From a virus, in the IMG/VR virus record IMGVR_UViG_3300045747_000694, positions 42,165 to 106,164 of that record: a DNA stretch of 64,000 bases; one strand, given 5' to 3'. The translations under genes were made by a program, and so were the position numbers. This document shows, one piece after another, positions 20,851 to 30,686 of this stretch (the first letter of the stretch is position 1; each line of letters begins with the position of its first letter). Below the pieces are notes generated by a model. That model saw only the letters and a list, made by a program, of their open reading frames with translations, ran no database searches and was not told where the DNA came from.

Positions 20851-21204
20851 ATGACCAGCCAAGACGAAGAAGCACTCCCAGGCGGCCTTGTGGCCGTGCC
20901 GGACGACCTCACGGTGGAGATGCCGGGGGAAGGCCTGCCGGTCATCACCTGGTGGGAGACAGGGCCCGCCGAGAGGCTGCTCGCAGACCAGCTGCGCCAG
21001 CTGGAGGACGCGCGGCTCCTCGAGCTGGTGACCAAGACCGCCCTGCCTCAGGGCTGGTATGCCGGCACCATCACAGGCGGGGTGCAGGTGGCCCCTCTCG
21101 TCAGCTTCACTTGCGCCCAAGACGTGAGCCCGGTCTTCGACTTGGGGTCCCCTCGTCAGCACTTCGTGGCGGGGAAGACCGTCTTGAAGGGTAAGAAGAA
21201 GTAG
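20851..21204 (+). CDS. hypothetical protein
   Basis: Internal Met MTSQDEE. Confidence 0.4.
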   Translation: MTSQDEEALPGGLVAVPDDLTVEMPGEGLPVITWWETGPAERLLADQLRQLEDARLLELVTKTALPQGWYAGTITGGVQVAPLVSFTCAQDVSPVFDLGSPRQHFVAGKTVLKGKKK

Positions 21205-21310
21205 AGCCTCTTCGGCGCTCCCCACCTACACCTACAGATTCTGAGCGCGTGGGAGGGCTAAGAAGCGGGGCCCGTACAGGCGCCCCACCTCCCTGTCCCC
21301 TCCGCGGGGA

Positions 21311-21547
21311 CTACGCCTCCGGCAGCTCGTCGTAGACGACCAGGCTCCCGTTGGTGAAGACGATGCGGAAGCCCTCGGCCTCGTACTTCTCCCAGGCCTT
21401 GTAGAAGGAGGGCGCGCGGTCGGTCAGGACCTCGAGCTTCTTCACGTCGCCCAGCTGGGTGGCGCGGTCCCAGGCCTTCTCCATCGCCTTGCCCCGCCGC
21501 GCCAGGCTGAGGAACTTCGCCTTCCGGACTTCTCGGGTGGCGCTCAC
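21311..21547 (-). CDS. hypothetical protein
   Basis: Complete ORF. Confidence 0.45.
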   Translation of the reverse strand: MSATREVRKAKFLSLARRGKAMEKAWDRATQLGDVKKLEVLTDRAPSFYKAWEKYEAEGFRIVFTNGSLVVYDELPEA

Positions 21548-21550
21548 CCC

Positions 21551-21844
21551 TTACGCCTCGGCCTGCTGGGCGCGCTTCTCCTTGCGGGTCTTCATGCCCA
21601 GGGACTTCTTGATGCCGGCCTCAAGGCCCTCGACCGCCTTCTCGTACTTCGACGCGGCCTCGGTGAGGTGGCCGAAGGTCTCCATCAGCTTCTCCTCGCC
21701 GGCGGCCTTCATGAACTCCGCGCGGGCGGCGGCCACGGCCTTGGAGAGGACCGGGGTCTGGTTGGTGATCGTGGTGGCCAGCGCCACGGTGACGTCGGTG
21801 GTGATGACGGTGATGGACTTCAGGATGATGATGAGCTGGTTCAT
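21551..21844 (-). CDS. hypothetical protein with hydrophobic N-terminus
   Basis: Internal Met MNQLIIILKSITVITTDV. Confidence 0.4.
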   Translation of the reverse strand: MNQLIIILKSITVITTDVTVALATTITNQTPVLSKAVAAARAEFMKAAGEEKLMETFGHLTEAASKYEKAVEGLEAGIKKSLGMKTRKEKRAQQAEA

Positions 21845-21990
21845 ACAGCCTCCATGGCCATTGGCCTGGGTGAGCTCAAGAGCGGAACTGCTCTCGAACA
21901 AAGCCTTCTCCCACAGGGATGCCAGGAATTGCTTCTCTCCCAGGGCTAAGCGAAGAGGGGCCTGTACGAGCGCCCCTCCTGCCCTGCCTA

Positions 21991-22143
21991 CGACGGCCCC
22001 CAGCGCTCTTCGCGCTCCTCGGGCGTCAGCCTACGGTTCTGCGGCTGCTTCGAGTCTTCCCAGATCTTGTAGAGCCCGACGCCCAGCTCGCAGACCCAGA
22101 AGAAGAGAAGCACCCCGCCCAGCAACACCAGGTACTGCACCAT
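21991..22143 (-). CDS. small membrane protein (50 aa)
   Basis: MVQYLVLLGGVLLFFWVCELGVGLYKIWEDS... Below the track cutoff. Confidence 0.3.
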
Positions 22144-22154
22144 GTGCAACCTCC

Positions 22155-23159
22155 TTAGAGAGAAGTGGAGACGTTTCCGTCTTCATAGTCTTCTCCCACA
22201 GGTGGGGCAGCTTTTGCCCCTCCCAGTGCCCAGACGCCATCCCGCACCGAGGCGCCCAGGTCGTGCAGGTCTCGATAGAGCATCCTCGAAGCCGGGGAGT
22301 CCTTGACGTTCCCCTCCGCCGGATAGGTGCAGGGGTAGGCCGTGTAGATGTCCGCGAAGGTGCACGGCAGCATCCTCTTCACCCGCTTCATGCGCGCCTC
22401 CCGAGCGTGCGAGTAGCCACAGTCGGCGCAGAGCTCTTCGATCGCCTTCTCCATCTCGAGGGCGACGTAGAGCTCCTTGTGGAGCCGCTCCACCTTCCGG
22501 GCGCTCTTGGCCGTCATCTGCTTCTTCTTCAGCTGGAGGGCAGGGGTCTTGTTCCCGAGGGCCTGAGCGATCTCGCCCTTCGTCATGCCGCCCTTGCTGC
22601 GCAGCTCCGTGACCTTCTTCCACACCTCCTGGCCAGGGACGAGGGCGTGTGGCAGCGCCGCGGCCAGCGTCACCGAGAGGATCCTCTTCTCGGTCTCCGG
22701 CAGGACGGCCTGCTGCTTTCCCTGCCTGATGTCGCGGATGATGCAGTTGGCGACGCCGCTGGCCTGGTGAACCGCCTCTTCGCCCACCCCGTTCTGGGAG
22801 AGGAAGAGGATGTGCTCACGGGTCTTGTGGGCCAGCACCGTCACGAACGTCTTCAGTCTCTCGCGGCAGTTGGAGCAGATGCCGCCTGTCGAGTCCTTCC
22901 GGAGGTGCGAGTGCGTCTTGCAGGGCAGCCCGTCGATGCCAGGGCACGCCCGCTTGTAGTGCCGGACCTGCTTGGTTCCGTCGGGGAGGGTCCAGACCTG
23001 CGGCGCCGGCACCACCTCGGAGAGGAACTGCACAGCCTGGTCGGCCTGCTTCTGCGACCGCAGCTGTGCGTACTTCCGGTTGGCTGCCCGGCATGCATCG
23101 CATCTGCACTTCTCGGCGACGTACATGGCCCGGGTGCCGTGCTGGCGAACAGCCTTCAT
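22155..23159 (-). CDS. Cys-rich putative zinc-binding or regulatory protein (334 aa)
   Basis: Several CxxC pairs (CRCDAC, CSNC, CADC). Confidence 0.45.
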   Translation of the reverse strand: MKAVRQHGTRAMYVAEKCRCDACRAANRKYAQLRSQKQADQAVQFLSEVVPAPQVWTLPDGTKQVRHYKRACPGIDGLPCKTHSHLRKDSTGGICSNCRERLKTFVTVLAHKTREHILFLSQNGVGEEAVHQASGVANCIIRDIRQGKQQAVLPETEKRILSVTLAAALPHALVPGQEVWKKVTELRSKGGMTKGEIAQALGNKTPALQLKKKQMTAKSARKVERLHKELYVALEMEKAIEELCADCGYSHAREARMKRVKRMLPCTFADIYTAYPCTYPAEGNVKDSPASRMLYRDLHDLGASVRDGVWALGGAKAAPPVGEDYEDGNVSTSL

Positions 23160-23433
23160 CTCTGCGGTTTCCTCAAGGAATGGTAGTGGATCTTGCGGTC
23201 CCGGGCGCGATGCGCTACGGGAAGTGGGTGACCGAGTGCGGATACCGAGCTGCCGCCACCTGCCGGATGTCCGGCTTGCATCATCTGGACTTCGCCACCG
23301 GGGCCTGCACGTCCTGTGGCGTCCAGCTCTTGGCCCCGAGCGCCGGCTCCTCCCGCGCGCTCGAAGGCGCCGAGACGAAGGCAGAGGGAGGGGGGATTGG
23401 GCCGCCCCTGGTCCCCCCTCCCCGCCGGGTTCG

Positions 23434-23688
23434 CTAGTCCTCGAAGCGGCCGTTCGGATTGCTGCGGTGGGTGAAGAACGCCGGCTTCGGATCCGCCGGC
23501 GCAGTGGGCCTGGTGAAGGGCCCCTTCTCGTCCAAGTGTCTGGGGACGTTCTGGACCCCGGTCTCCTTGGAAGAGAGCCTGCCCGTCGTCGTCCCCGCGA
23601 ACTTGAGCGCCTTCTTGACCTTCTGGCTCTGCCTGTTGAGCTCCTGCTGGAGCCTCTTGAGCCTGATGCGCTGCTTCTTGTTCATCAT
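23434..23688 (-). CDS. small basic protein
   Basis: MMNKKQRIRLKRLQQELNRQ... Confidence 0.35.
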   Translation of the reverse strand: MMNKKQRIRLKRLQQELNRQSQKVKKALKFAGTTTGRLSSKETGVQNVPRHLDEKGPFTRPTAPADPKPAFFTHRSNPNGRFED

Positions 23689-23894
23689 CAGAAGCCCTCG
23701 AAGGCAGCGAGGGTGCCGGCAGCCCGCTTCTCCCGGAGGCGCTTCTCCTGCCGCCGCTTCTTCTGCTCCTCGGTCTCGACCCGCTGAGAGCGGGCCACGG
23801 GGGAGCACTTGCGGCAGGTCTTCCCTTCCTTCATCACGCGCATGTTGCAGGTGGGATTGATGCAGCGGGGCCACTCCCGTCTTCCCATAGCCAT
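23688..23894 (-). CDS. small zinc-ribbon protein
   Basis: CINPTC...CRKC. Confidence 0.4.
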   Translation of the reverse strand: MAMGRREWPRCINPTCNMRVMKEGKTCRKCSPVARSQRVETEEQKKRRQEKRLREKRAAGTLAAFEGF

Positions 23895-24147
23895 CAGGGC
23901 AGCCCGAGCTCGTCGAAGAGCTCCCCCACCGTCTTGTCCCAGCCGTCGGCGAAGCCCACGATGTAGCCGATGTGGTACATCGCCCGGCCGAGCGTAGGCC
24001 CGGTGAGCTTGCTCGAGAGGGTGATGCTCTCCTCCTCGAACCCCTCGATGAGTTCGAGGACAGTGGTGCTGAACAAGATGGAGGCCGGCTCCAGCTCGTC
24101 CATGTGCTCCTGGATCGTCTGCTTCGTTGTTAGATCGCTCACAGCAG
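23894..24147 (-). CDS. hypothetical protein (GTG start overlapping the upstream stop)
   Basis: VSDLTTKQTIQEHMDELEP... Confidence 0.35.
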
Positions 24148-24345
24148 TCCTTCCTTCTTGGCCCACCAGCTCTTCACGATGAGGGTGCCGGTGCTGTTCT
24201 TGTCCCCGTCGAAGACCTCGGAGTCGTCGTGGATGACCGACTTGGGGACCCACTTCTCTTCGCCTTCGATGACCACGAGCAGCGCCTTGTCTCGCTCCAT
24301 GATGACCTTCGCGTCGTGGAAGTCAGCCTGGTCATCAGAGGCCAC
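24139..24345 (-). CDS. hypothetical protein
   Basis: Complete ORF. Confidence 0.45.
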   Translation of the reverse strand: MASDDQADFHDAKVIMERDKALLVVIEGEEKWVPKSVIHDDSEVFDGDKNSTGTLIVKSWWAKKEGLL

Positions 24346-24685
24346 GCTTGTTCCTCCACTCCTGGAGCAGCTGCATGTGCCCTTCGTTCTCCATCATCTT
24401 GTGGGCGTAGTGCTCCTCGGTGATCTTCTTGAAGGCGATCTTCCTCTTCTCGAGGTTGTCGACGGCGGCCGCGGGGCTGAGCTCCAGCTTGGACAGGGTG
24501 TTGCCCATGTTCCGGTAGGCGCCGGCAAGACGGCTGCGGTCGCTCTTCAGCTCGAAGAACGTCTTGCCGGCCTTGGTGACCGTGTACTGCTCGACCACGA
24601 CCTGGTCCTTGATCTTGTCGTGGCCGATGTCCAGCACCCTGGCGAGGTAGACCACCATGCCGAGGGTCAGGTCCGATTCCTTCAT
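24335..24685 (-). CDS. hypothetical protein
   Basis: Complete ORF. Confidence 0.45.
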   Translation of the reverse strand: MKESDLTLGMVVYLARVLDIGHDKIKDQVVVEQYTVTKAGKTFFELKSDRSRLAGAYRNMGNTLSKLELSPAAAVDNLEKRKIAFKKITEEHYAHKMMENEGHMQLLQEWRNKRGL

Positions 24686-24688
24686 GTG

Positions 24689-25210
24689 TCAGATCCCTCC
24701 GTCGCTGCTGGTGGGAGAACTGTCCGACGAAGACGAGCCGGAGTCGCTGGAGGATGAGTCGCTGCTGGGGCTGCTCTCTGAGGCCGGGCTCGGGTCCCAG
24801 GAACCGCTGGCTCCACCGCCAGAGAAGGTACCTCCGTCGCCCTTCCAAGCCTCGGGCTCCGGAGCTGGCGGGCTGATGTTGGGGGTCTCCAAGAGGAGAA
24901 GAGGCAGGAGACCCACGTGCGGATCCTCGTCCTCCTCGACTCTCCTCCTCGGCGGGTCGTACTTCGCGGGAGGGTAGCTGCCCACGAGCCCGGGGCTCGT
25001 GGGTCGGTTGGGCGTCGGGGGTAGCGGCTTCGGGAGCCCCACGTCGTAGACGAGAACTCCGGAGTAGGCGACGACCTCCTCCCCGTAGTGCTTGTCGGGG
25101 CAACCGAAGGACGGACTGAGGAAGAGGCCGGTGAACCCCCTCTTCATCGGCTTGTTGCAGTAGGGGCAGCGCATCCGCCAGATGCGCCACTTCTTCTTGA
25201 ACCAGTTCAC
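24689..25210 (-). CDS. zinc-ribbon protein with Ser/Pro-rich tail
   Basis: CPYC...CPDKH, then SSSDSGSSSSDSS. Confidence 0.45.
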   Translation of the reverse strand: MNWFKKKWRIWRMRCPYCNKPMKRGFTGLFLSPSFGCPDKHYGEEVVAYSGVLVYDVGLPKPLPPTPNRPTSPGLVGSYPPAKYDPPRRRVEEDEDPHVGLLPLLLLETPNISPPAPEPEAWKGDGGTFSGGGASGSWDPSPASESSPSSDSSSSDSGSSSSDSSPTSSDGGI

Positions 25211-25686
25211 GACTGACTCGGCGGAGGGGGAGGAGCTCCCTCTCCCGTGGCGGTCACCGTGCGCGTCACGGGGACGGTGGCCGGGTAGCCATTGGCGCTG
25301 GCAGTGACTGCCGCCTGGCCGTTCTCCTGGATGATGTACTTGTACTGGTTGTTGGCGAAGACCGCCCTCACCAGCTCCTTCATGTCGCCGACCCGCTCCT
25401 TGGCGTTCTCGATCTTCAGGTCGACGATCTGCTTGTCGATCGCGGCCGTCCTGGCCTGCTCCTTGGCCGTCTCGAGCTTCCTGATGAGGTCGTCCAGAGA
25501 CTTCAGCTCGTGGAGCTGCGCCTCGCTCATCTCGAGCTTCTTCTTGAGCCCGATGACCTCCTGCTCGAGGAGATAGGCACGTCGCTCGACATCCTCGGCC
25601 TGCTGGATGCGGATCTTGAGCCTCTTGCTGACCTCGGCGGTGAGGTTCGCGTCGATTGCCTTGCTGATGTCTTCTTCGAGTGCCAT
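25207..25686 (-). CDS. coiled-coil protein
   Basis: Heptad-like charged repeats through most of its length. Confidence 0.45.
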   Translation of the reverse strand: MALEEDISKAIDANLTAEVSKRLKIRIQQAEDVERRAYLLEQEVIGLKKKLEMSEAQLHELKSLDDLIRKLETAKEQARTAAIDKQIVDLKIENAKERVGDMKELVRAVFANNQYKYIIQENGQAAVTASANGYPATVPVTRTVTATGEGAPPPPPSQS

Positions 25687-25688
25687 CT

Positions 25689-25946
25689 CTACTTCCTCCT
25701 TAGTGCGCGCCGTTGGTGGCGCTTGGTGAGTTCGTTGGTGAAGCTGCGAAGGTGCTTCTTGGGAGGCTCCTGGAACACGACTTGCCGGGCCAGGAGCTCT
25801 TCCTTCAGGAGCGGGGTCACGGCGTAGTAGGTGTTGTCGGGCAGGGTGATCAAGACGAAGCCACCGGTCGTGTCTTGGCTGGTGTAACTCACGTGAAGCC
25901 GGATGAGCCTACCCAGTTCCTCGCGGTCGATGGCGGTGATGATCAT
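25689..25946 (-). CDS. hypothetical protein
   Basis: Internal Met MIITAIDRE. Confidence 0.4.
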   Translation of the reverse strand: MIITAIDREELGRLIRLHVSYTSQDTTGGFVLITLPDNTYYAVTPLLKEELLARQVVFQEPPKKHLRSFTNELTKRHQRRALRRK

Positions 25947-26236
25947 CTGGGCTTCCTCTTGGCGCCGATGAGTTCTGCCAGGTCTCCCAGGTTGCTCATC
26001 ATCGTCCAGGCATTGCACTCGAGGGAGTAGCCCAGCTGGTACTGGCGCTTGACCTCCTCGTCCACGAACTTCTGGATGGTGGTGGCCGTCATGGTCCCAT
26101 TCTGGAGGTCGTTGCTGACCGACAGAAGGTTGTCCATCTTCCGCTTCGCCCGGTGAGTCGCGGTGTGGGCGATGTCGGCGCTGCGAAGGGCTTCGGCCAC
26201 CGCCTGCCGAAGCCTATCCCCGTGGCTCTTGTGCAT
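25943..26236 (-). CDS. hypothetical protein
   Basis: Complete ORF. Confidence 0.45.
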   Translation of the reverse strand: MHKSHGDRLRQAVAEALRSADIAHTATHRAKRKMDNLLSVSNDLQNGTMTATTIQKFVDEEVKRQYQLGYSLECNAWTMMSNLGDLAELIGAKRKPR

Positions 26237-26238
26237 GA

Positions 26239-27150
26239 CTACTTCACCACGTCAGCGGCGAGGTTCTTGATGGCCTCGTCCCCGAGGCTGTCGGCGATGT
26301 CGTCGAGGGTGAGCGTGCAGAACTCGTCCTCCCAGTCGCCGATGAAGTAGAGCCGGCGCCGGTCCTCGATGAGGCCGAAGAGGATGGGGTCCTTCTTCCT
26401 CTCGATCTCCTCCTTGGTGTCCGCCTTCCCCGTGCCCTCTGGGTCGTAGTGCATGACGGCGTAGTTGTCGAAGATGAGGTGCTCGTCGGCCAGCTTCTTC
26501 TTCTCGATGATGGGCGCCGGGATGACGCGGGTGAAGTTCACCATCCAGGTCAGGTCCACCTTCTTGAGGCTCCGCTTGGCGAACTTCACCACGTCGGCCT
26601 CCTCGACGTACTTCGGCAGCCCGATGGCCTCCAGCTGGCACTCCAGCCTGGCGGCGTTGAGGCCCGCGGTGAGCTTCTCGACGAGGGCAGTCTGGCCGTT
26701 GGCGATGGCGGCCTGGATGGCCTTCTCGTAGCCGGCCGCCCGGGTCCGGACCACGTTCAGCTCCTCCACGGAGTTCTTGATGGACTTGAAGAACTCCTGG
26801 ATGGTGATGGGCGGCCCGTACGTCGGAGGCTTGGGGCGCCGGGAGAGGATGCGATCCCAGAAGGACTTCTTCTCCTCCGACTGGTCGTTCCTCTGGGCTA
26901 CGGTCAGGCCCATGACCGGGTTCGACATCATCACCATGCCGCCGCCAGCCCAGCTCGAGGTGATGGCGGTGGAGTTGCTGGTGATGAAGACGCCGGGGCT
27001 CTGGTTGTCCGACTTCTGCGCCTGGTAGTCGGAGTGCTTCAGCTCGTCGGCCGCCGCCTTCTTGGGCTGGTACTTCGGCAGCCGGTAGTCCTTCTTGAAG
27101 TTCTCGAAGACCTCGAGCTTCCCTTCCTTCGTGATCATGTCGTTCTCCAT
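26239..27150 (-). CDS. hypothetical protein (~303 aa)
   Basis: Internal Met MENDMITKEG; the upstream part of the ORF is Ser/Arg-rich. Confidence 0.45.
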   Translation of the reverse strand: MENDMITKEGKLEVFENFKKDYRLPKYQPKKAAADELKHSDYQAQKSDNQSPGVFITSNSTAITSSWAGGGMVMMSNPVMGLTVAQRNDQSEEKKSFWDRILSRRPKPPTYGPPITIQEFFKSIKNSVEELNVVRTRAAGYEKAIQAAIANGQTALVEKLTAGLNAARLECQLEAIGLPKYVEEADVVKFAKRSLKKVDLTWMVNFTRVIPAPIIEKKKLADEHLIFDNYAVMHYDPEGTGKADTKEEIERKKDPILFGLIEDRRRLYFIGDWEDEFCTLTLDDIADSLGDEAIKNLAADVVK

Positions 27151-27416
27151 TCTGTGGGATCGACGCCAGCCTTCCAGGCCTGACGCACCTTCTTCGGGTA
27201 GTGCTGGGTGGAGCTGCGTCTCACGATACCTGGAGGCATACGGCTGGTGCCGCAGAGGAGCAACACGGTCCCAGGGTGAGGGTTGGGGGCTGCGTAGTGG
27301 CTGGTCCAGGACGTGGTGTAGGGCGTCACCACGCCGTTGTCGATGCAGGCCACTCCCGCGGCGCAGACCCACTCCTCGAAGGTGAGGCCCTCTCGGTTCA
27401 CCGTGTCGCGGCTCAC
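27135..27416 (-). CDS. hypothetical protein
   Basis: Complete ORF. Confidence 0.4.
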   Translation of the reverse strand: MSRDTVNREGLTFEEWVCAAGVACIDNGVVTPYTTSWTSHYAAPNPHPGTVLLLCGTSRMPPGIVRRSSTQHYPKKVRQAWKAGVDPTEWRTT

Positions 27417-27658
27417 TTGTACCTCGCCTTCTCGACGGTCCCGAACTTCCTGACCCAGAGCTTAACGCCCTCGAAGAGGATGTCGTGGACACAGGGCAGC
27501 TTCCCTTCGCGGTCGTTGCAGCCCTCCCAGCAGTCGCAGTTGGCTTTGGCGATCCCCTGGGCTGTGAAGATGCGGGCCGCGAGGATGGTCTGCTTGGTGG
27601 CGCTCACGGCGGGTCCTTCCACCTCCGCACGAAGAAGCGGAGGTCGTCGAGGGGGCAC
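27413..27658 (-). CDS. hypothetical Cys-containing protein
   Basis: Complete ORF. Confidence 0.35.
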   Translation of the reverse strand: MPPRRPPLLRAEVEGPAVSATKQTILAARIFTAQGIAKANCDCWEGCNDREGKLPCVHDILFEGVKLWVRKFGTVEKARYK

Positions 27659-27933
27659 TGGGTGCAGGTGGCGAGGGAGTTGCGGTCCCTGGTGGCTTCG
27701 TAGAAGGCGGCCTGGACCTTGAGGAGCGCCTTCCGCTCGTTCAGCACCAGCTCTTCGACCGCTTCGTTCGAGGACACGACATCCCAGAGGGCCTTCCAGT
27801 CGTAGGAGTCGTACTTCTTGATGGCCTCCTCCACCTTGGACATGTCAGGCCAAAGGGACTCGCTCACGTCATCACCCGTCCGACCAAGGCTTCGTGCCAG
27901 GGCTTGGGGAGGAAGCCCCCAGTGATGAGCCAC
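27604..27933 (-). CDS. hypothetical protein (start uncertain)
   Basis: Complete ORF. Confidence 0.3.
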   Translation of the reverse strand: MAHHWGLPPQALARSLGRTGDDVSESLWPDMSKVEEAIKKYDSYDWKALWDVVSSNEAVEELVLNERKALLKVQAAFYEATRDRNSLATCTQCPLDDLRFFVRRWKDPP

Positions 27934-28064
27934 TCGTTCAGCGCCGCGACCAGCTCAGCCAGGCGAGCAGCATCCACCTGGCTGCACTTCTCGCCGTTGT
28001 CCTGGCACTTGCTGATGGTCTCGGCCAGCTCCAGCTGCTCCTTCAGGTTGGCATCGGGATCCAT
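27864..28064 (-). CDS. hypothetical protein (66 aa)
   Basis: Internal Met MDPDANLKEQ. Confidence 0.35.
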   Translation of the reverse strand: MDPDANLKEQLELAETISKCQDNGEKCSQVDAARLAELVAALNEWLITGGFLPKPWHEALVGRVMT

Positions 28065-28066
28065 AC

Positions 28067-28363
28067 CTACCTCGGAGCCTTCTTCGGCTTCTTGAGCTTC
28101 TTGCCGTCGATGTGCCCGTCGAAGGCCTTGAGCAGCATGTCGGCGGCGTAGTCGCTCATGGAATCGGCGAGGACCTGAAGCTCCGGCCTCCGGGTCGGCT
28201 TGGTCATCTTGCCGTTGGAGGTGCGGGGGATCGGCCCTCTGAAGTAGGGGATGGTGCCCACGAGCTCGTGGGCCACCACTGCCCGACTGGCGAAGTAGAG
28301 CGCGTCCTGGATGCGCTCCGTGCGCGCCTCCTCCTGCCGCAGCGTCAGCTTCTTCTTGGCCAT
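28067..28363 (-). CDS. hypothetical basic protein
   Basis: Complete ORF. Confidence 0.45.
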   Translation of the reverse strand: MAKKKLTLRQEEARTERIQDALYFASRAVVAHELVGTIPYFRGPIPRTSNGKMTKPTRRPELQVLADSMSDYAADMLLKAFDGHIDGKKLKKPKKAPR

Positions 28364-28561
28364 CTAGTCCTCCTTCCCGAGGCACTCGACCTTGAGGAGG
28401 TCCTCGACGGTGGTCTCGGAGGCCGGGTAGTTCTTCTGGAAGATCTTCACCGCGAGGCCAGCCGCCTCGACGAGGGTCTCCGCGATGACGGTGCAGGTGT
28501 CCTCCGTCGTACCGTCGATCTTCCCGTACACCTTCCACATCGACCGCTTGTTCTTGGACAT
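28364..28561 (-). CDS. hypothetical protein (65 aa)
   Basis: MSKNKRSMWKVYGK... Confidence 0.4.
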   Translation of the reverse strand: MSKNKRSMWKVYGKIDGTTEDTCTVIAETLVEAAGLAVKIFQKNYPASETTVEDLLKVECLGKED

Positions 28562-29253
28562 CAGGTCTTCTCCGGTAGCAGCTTGAGGTTCTTGGCGACG
28601 TTGAAGAGCTTCTTCTCGAAGTCCTTCGACTTGGTGAGTGCATCGAGCTGGTCCTGGAACGCCAGCAGCTTCTGGTGCATGACCTTGAGCGCGAGCCAGG
28701 TCTCCTCGGTGTACGGCAGGATGCGGTAGGCGTTGGAGGCCTGCTCCTTGCCATAGCCGCCGGGCTTGATGTCGGAGCCGTTCTCCCTGTCCTTCTTGTT
28801 CGACTTCCGGCAATCCTCCAGACGATCCTTGGTGGGATAGACGAGCTCGTCGCTCATGAACGGACTGTGAGGCTCCCGGTCCGAGTCGGTGAGCCCGTCC
28901 TCGAGGAATGGCCGCTCCAGCCAGTGGCCGTCCTTCTTCTGCGCCATCTCGCTGCGCCAGAACTCGAAGCTGAGCTTGACGCGGTAGACGTAGTCGCGGC
29001 GGCCATTGCCGTAGTGCGTGCGGTCCTTCACCTCGTCGACGAAGATGAAGGGCTTCCAGGTGTAGGGCTTGAAGGCCTTGAGCGCCGCCCACGCCTTGTT
29101 CTTGCAACCATCCGCCGTCTTGTCGCGGACTTCTTCGGTGCCGACGATGGCCACGAAGTCGTTGTAGTTGCGGTCAAAGTAGAGGACGGCCCTCTCCGCA
29201 GTATCTCGGTCCGTGAGAACGTCGATCTGCTGGAGCTTCAGGATTCGGGCCAT
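28561..29253 (-). CDS. hypothetical protein
   Basis: MARILKLQQ... Confidence 0.45.
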   Translation of the reverse strand: MARILKLQQIDVLTDRDTAERAVLYFDRNYNDFVAIVGTEEVRDKTADGCKNKAWAALKAFKPYTWKPFIFVDEVKDRTHYGNGRRDYVYRVKLSFEFWRSEMAQKKDGHWLERPFLEDGLTDSDREPHSPFMSDELVYPTKDRLEDCRKSNKKDRENGSDIKPGGYGKEQASNAYRILPYTEETWLALKVMHQKLLAFQDQLDALTKSKDFEKKLFNVAKNLKLLPEKT

Positions 29254-29747
29254 CAGAAGTGCACCACCTTCCAGCACTCAGGGGCGTGGAGGAACGTTCC
29301 GAACTCCAGGTACATGTCCTTGTTGCGGAGGTCGTCGTCGATGAACATCATGCTGTCCGTCGGGTAGAAGTCGACGACGTCGGAGATCTGCTCCATCTTG
29401 TAGAGCTTCGAGCTGCTGTAGTCGCCCTCGGGACGCATGAGGAGAGGAACGGCCGTGTCGGACCTCAGCTCCTCCGTCGTCTTGATGTTGAAGTGGTTGA
29501 GGAGCCAGATCTCCGTCACCTGCCGCAGCGCATCGGGCCTCCCGGTGAGGAGGATGGGCTCGTAGATGCTCCGGTTGTCGAGGATGGCAGCCAGCGCCGC
29601 CCTGGCCTCGTTGATGGGCGGGTCGGCCGCCACCAAGTCCGGGCGGTGGAACGAGGCCCAGTCCTTCTTCTTGCCGGGCGTGGTCAGGAACTTCTGCCTC
29701 TCCGAGGCGTCGGAGATGGTCCCGTCGATGTCGATGAAGATGATCAC
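29253..29747 (-). CDS. HAD-superfamily phosphatase
   Basis: N-terminal MIIFIDIDGTISD (DxDGT motif I). Confidence 0.65.
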   Translation of the reverse strand: MIIFIDIDGTISDASERQKFLTTPGKKKDWASFHRPDLVAADPPINEARAALAAILDNRSIYEPILLTGRPDALRQVTEIWLLNHFNIKTTEELRSDTAVPLLMRPEGDYSSSKLYKMEQISDVVDFYPTDSMMFIDDDLRNKDMYLEFGTFLHAPECWKVVHF

Positions 29748-30226
29748 GTTGCACCCTTGGCTGGTAGCAAAAGGCTACCCAGCTTGCCGGCTTCGGCGAT
29801 GTGAGAGAGCTTGGGCAGGACCATGTCGCCGATGGTCTGACCGGAGCTCGTGACGATGTGGGCGAGGAACTCCTCCTCGAACTCCGAGATGCCCGACTCG
29901 ACGGCCTCGAGCTTCGCCTTCACGACGAGGGCGAGGGCCCGCCAGCGACGGCGCATCTCCTGGTCCACCATGTCCTCCATCTGGCGCTCGGTGCGCTCGG
30001 AGTCGTGGTGGCTGTTCTTCCGCCGGTACGTCTTGAACTGCTCGTTGGTGGGCATCTTGAGCAGGAAGCGGATGCGACGGCTCTTCATGTCGAACTGCAC
30101 CATGGCCTGCATGTGGCCCTGGTCCCAGCCGGACACGAACTGACTGGCGCCGTATCGCGTGAGGATGCGCTCGACCTCAGCCTTGGACTTCTCGACGGTG
30201 ACGCTGGTCTTCTCTGCGTAGCTCAC
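29744..30226 (-). CDS. hypothetical protein
   Basis: Complete ORF. Confidence 0.45.
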   Translation of the reverse strand: MSYAEKTSVTVEKSKAEVERILTRYGASQFVSGWDQGHMQAMVQFDMKSRRIRFLLKMPTNEQFKTYRRKNSHHDSERTERQMEDMVDQEMRRRWRALALVVKAKLEAVESGISEFEEEFLAHIVTSSGQTIGDMVLPKLSHIAEAGKLGSLLLPAKGAT

Positions 30227-30232
30227 GGGTGT

Positions 30233-30580
30233 TCACTCCTCCTGGTCTGCTTTGGTGCCTGCGTAGTTGGTCATGCCGTACTCCGAAAGGTCATCCATGC
30301 TGGGGCGGGGCTTGACCCTGCGCCCTGTGTCCGACAGCTCGACCGCCTCCCAGATGTAGTCGAGGTCGACAGGGCGCACGACGTCAGGCAGCGGCTCGCG
30401 TTTCCACATGGAGTCCAGCAGGCCTTTCGCTTGGTACTCTTTGAGAGGGCCGGGGACCCGAAGCACCTTCGTCGGGTCCCGCCACTTGTAGTCCTTCTCG
30501 TAGAACTTGCCCTTGATGCGCCCGCCGTACCGGATGCGGGACTTCGGCACTCTCGTCCCAGGGATCTGGGGGGTACCCAT
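30233..30580 (-). CDS. hypothetical protein
   Basis: Complete ORF. Confidence 0.35.
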   Translation of the reverse strand: MGTPQIPGTRVPKSRIRYGGRIKGKFYEKDYKWRDPTKVLRVPGPLKEYQAKGLLDSMWKREPLPDVVRPVDLDYIWEAVELSDTGRRVKPRPSMDDLSEYGMTNYAGTKADQEE

Positions 30581-30686
30581 AGTGCTCCAAAAGGGAGAGG
30601 CGGGACCAGGCGCCATGCCCAGTCCCGCCTCAGTTGGTTTGACTGCTCGCTGTGTCTACGCGTTCGCTGCGGAGGACAGAAGCGTA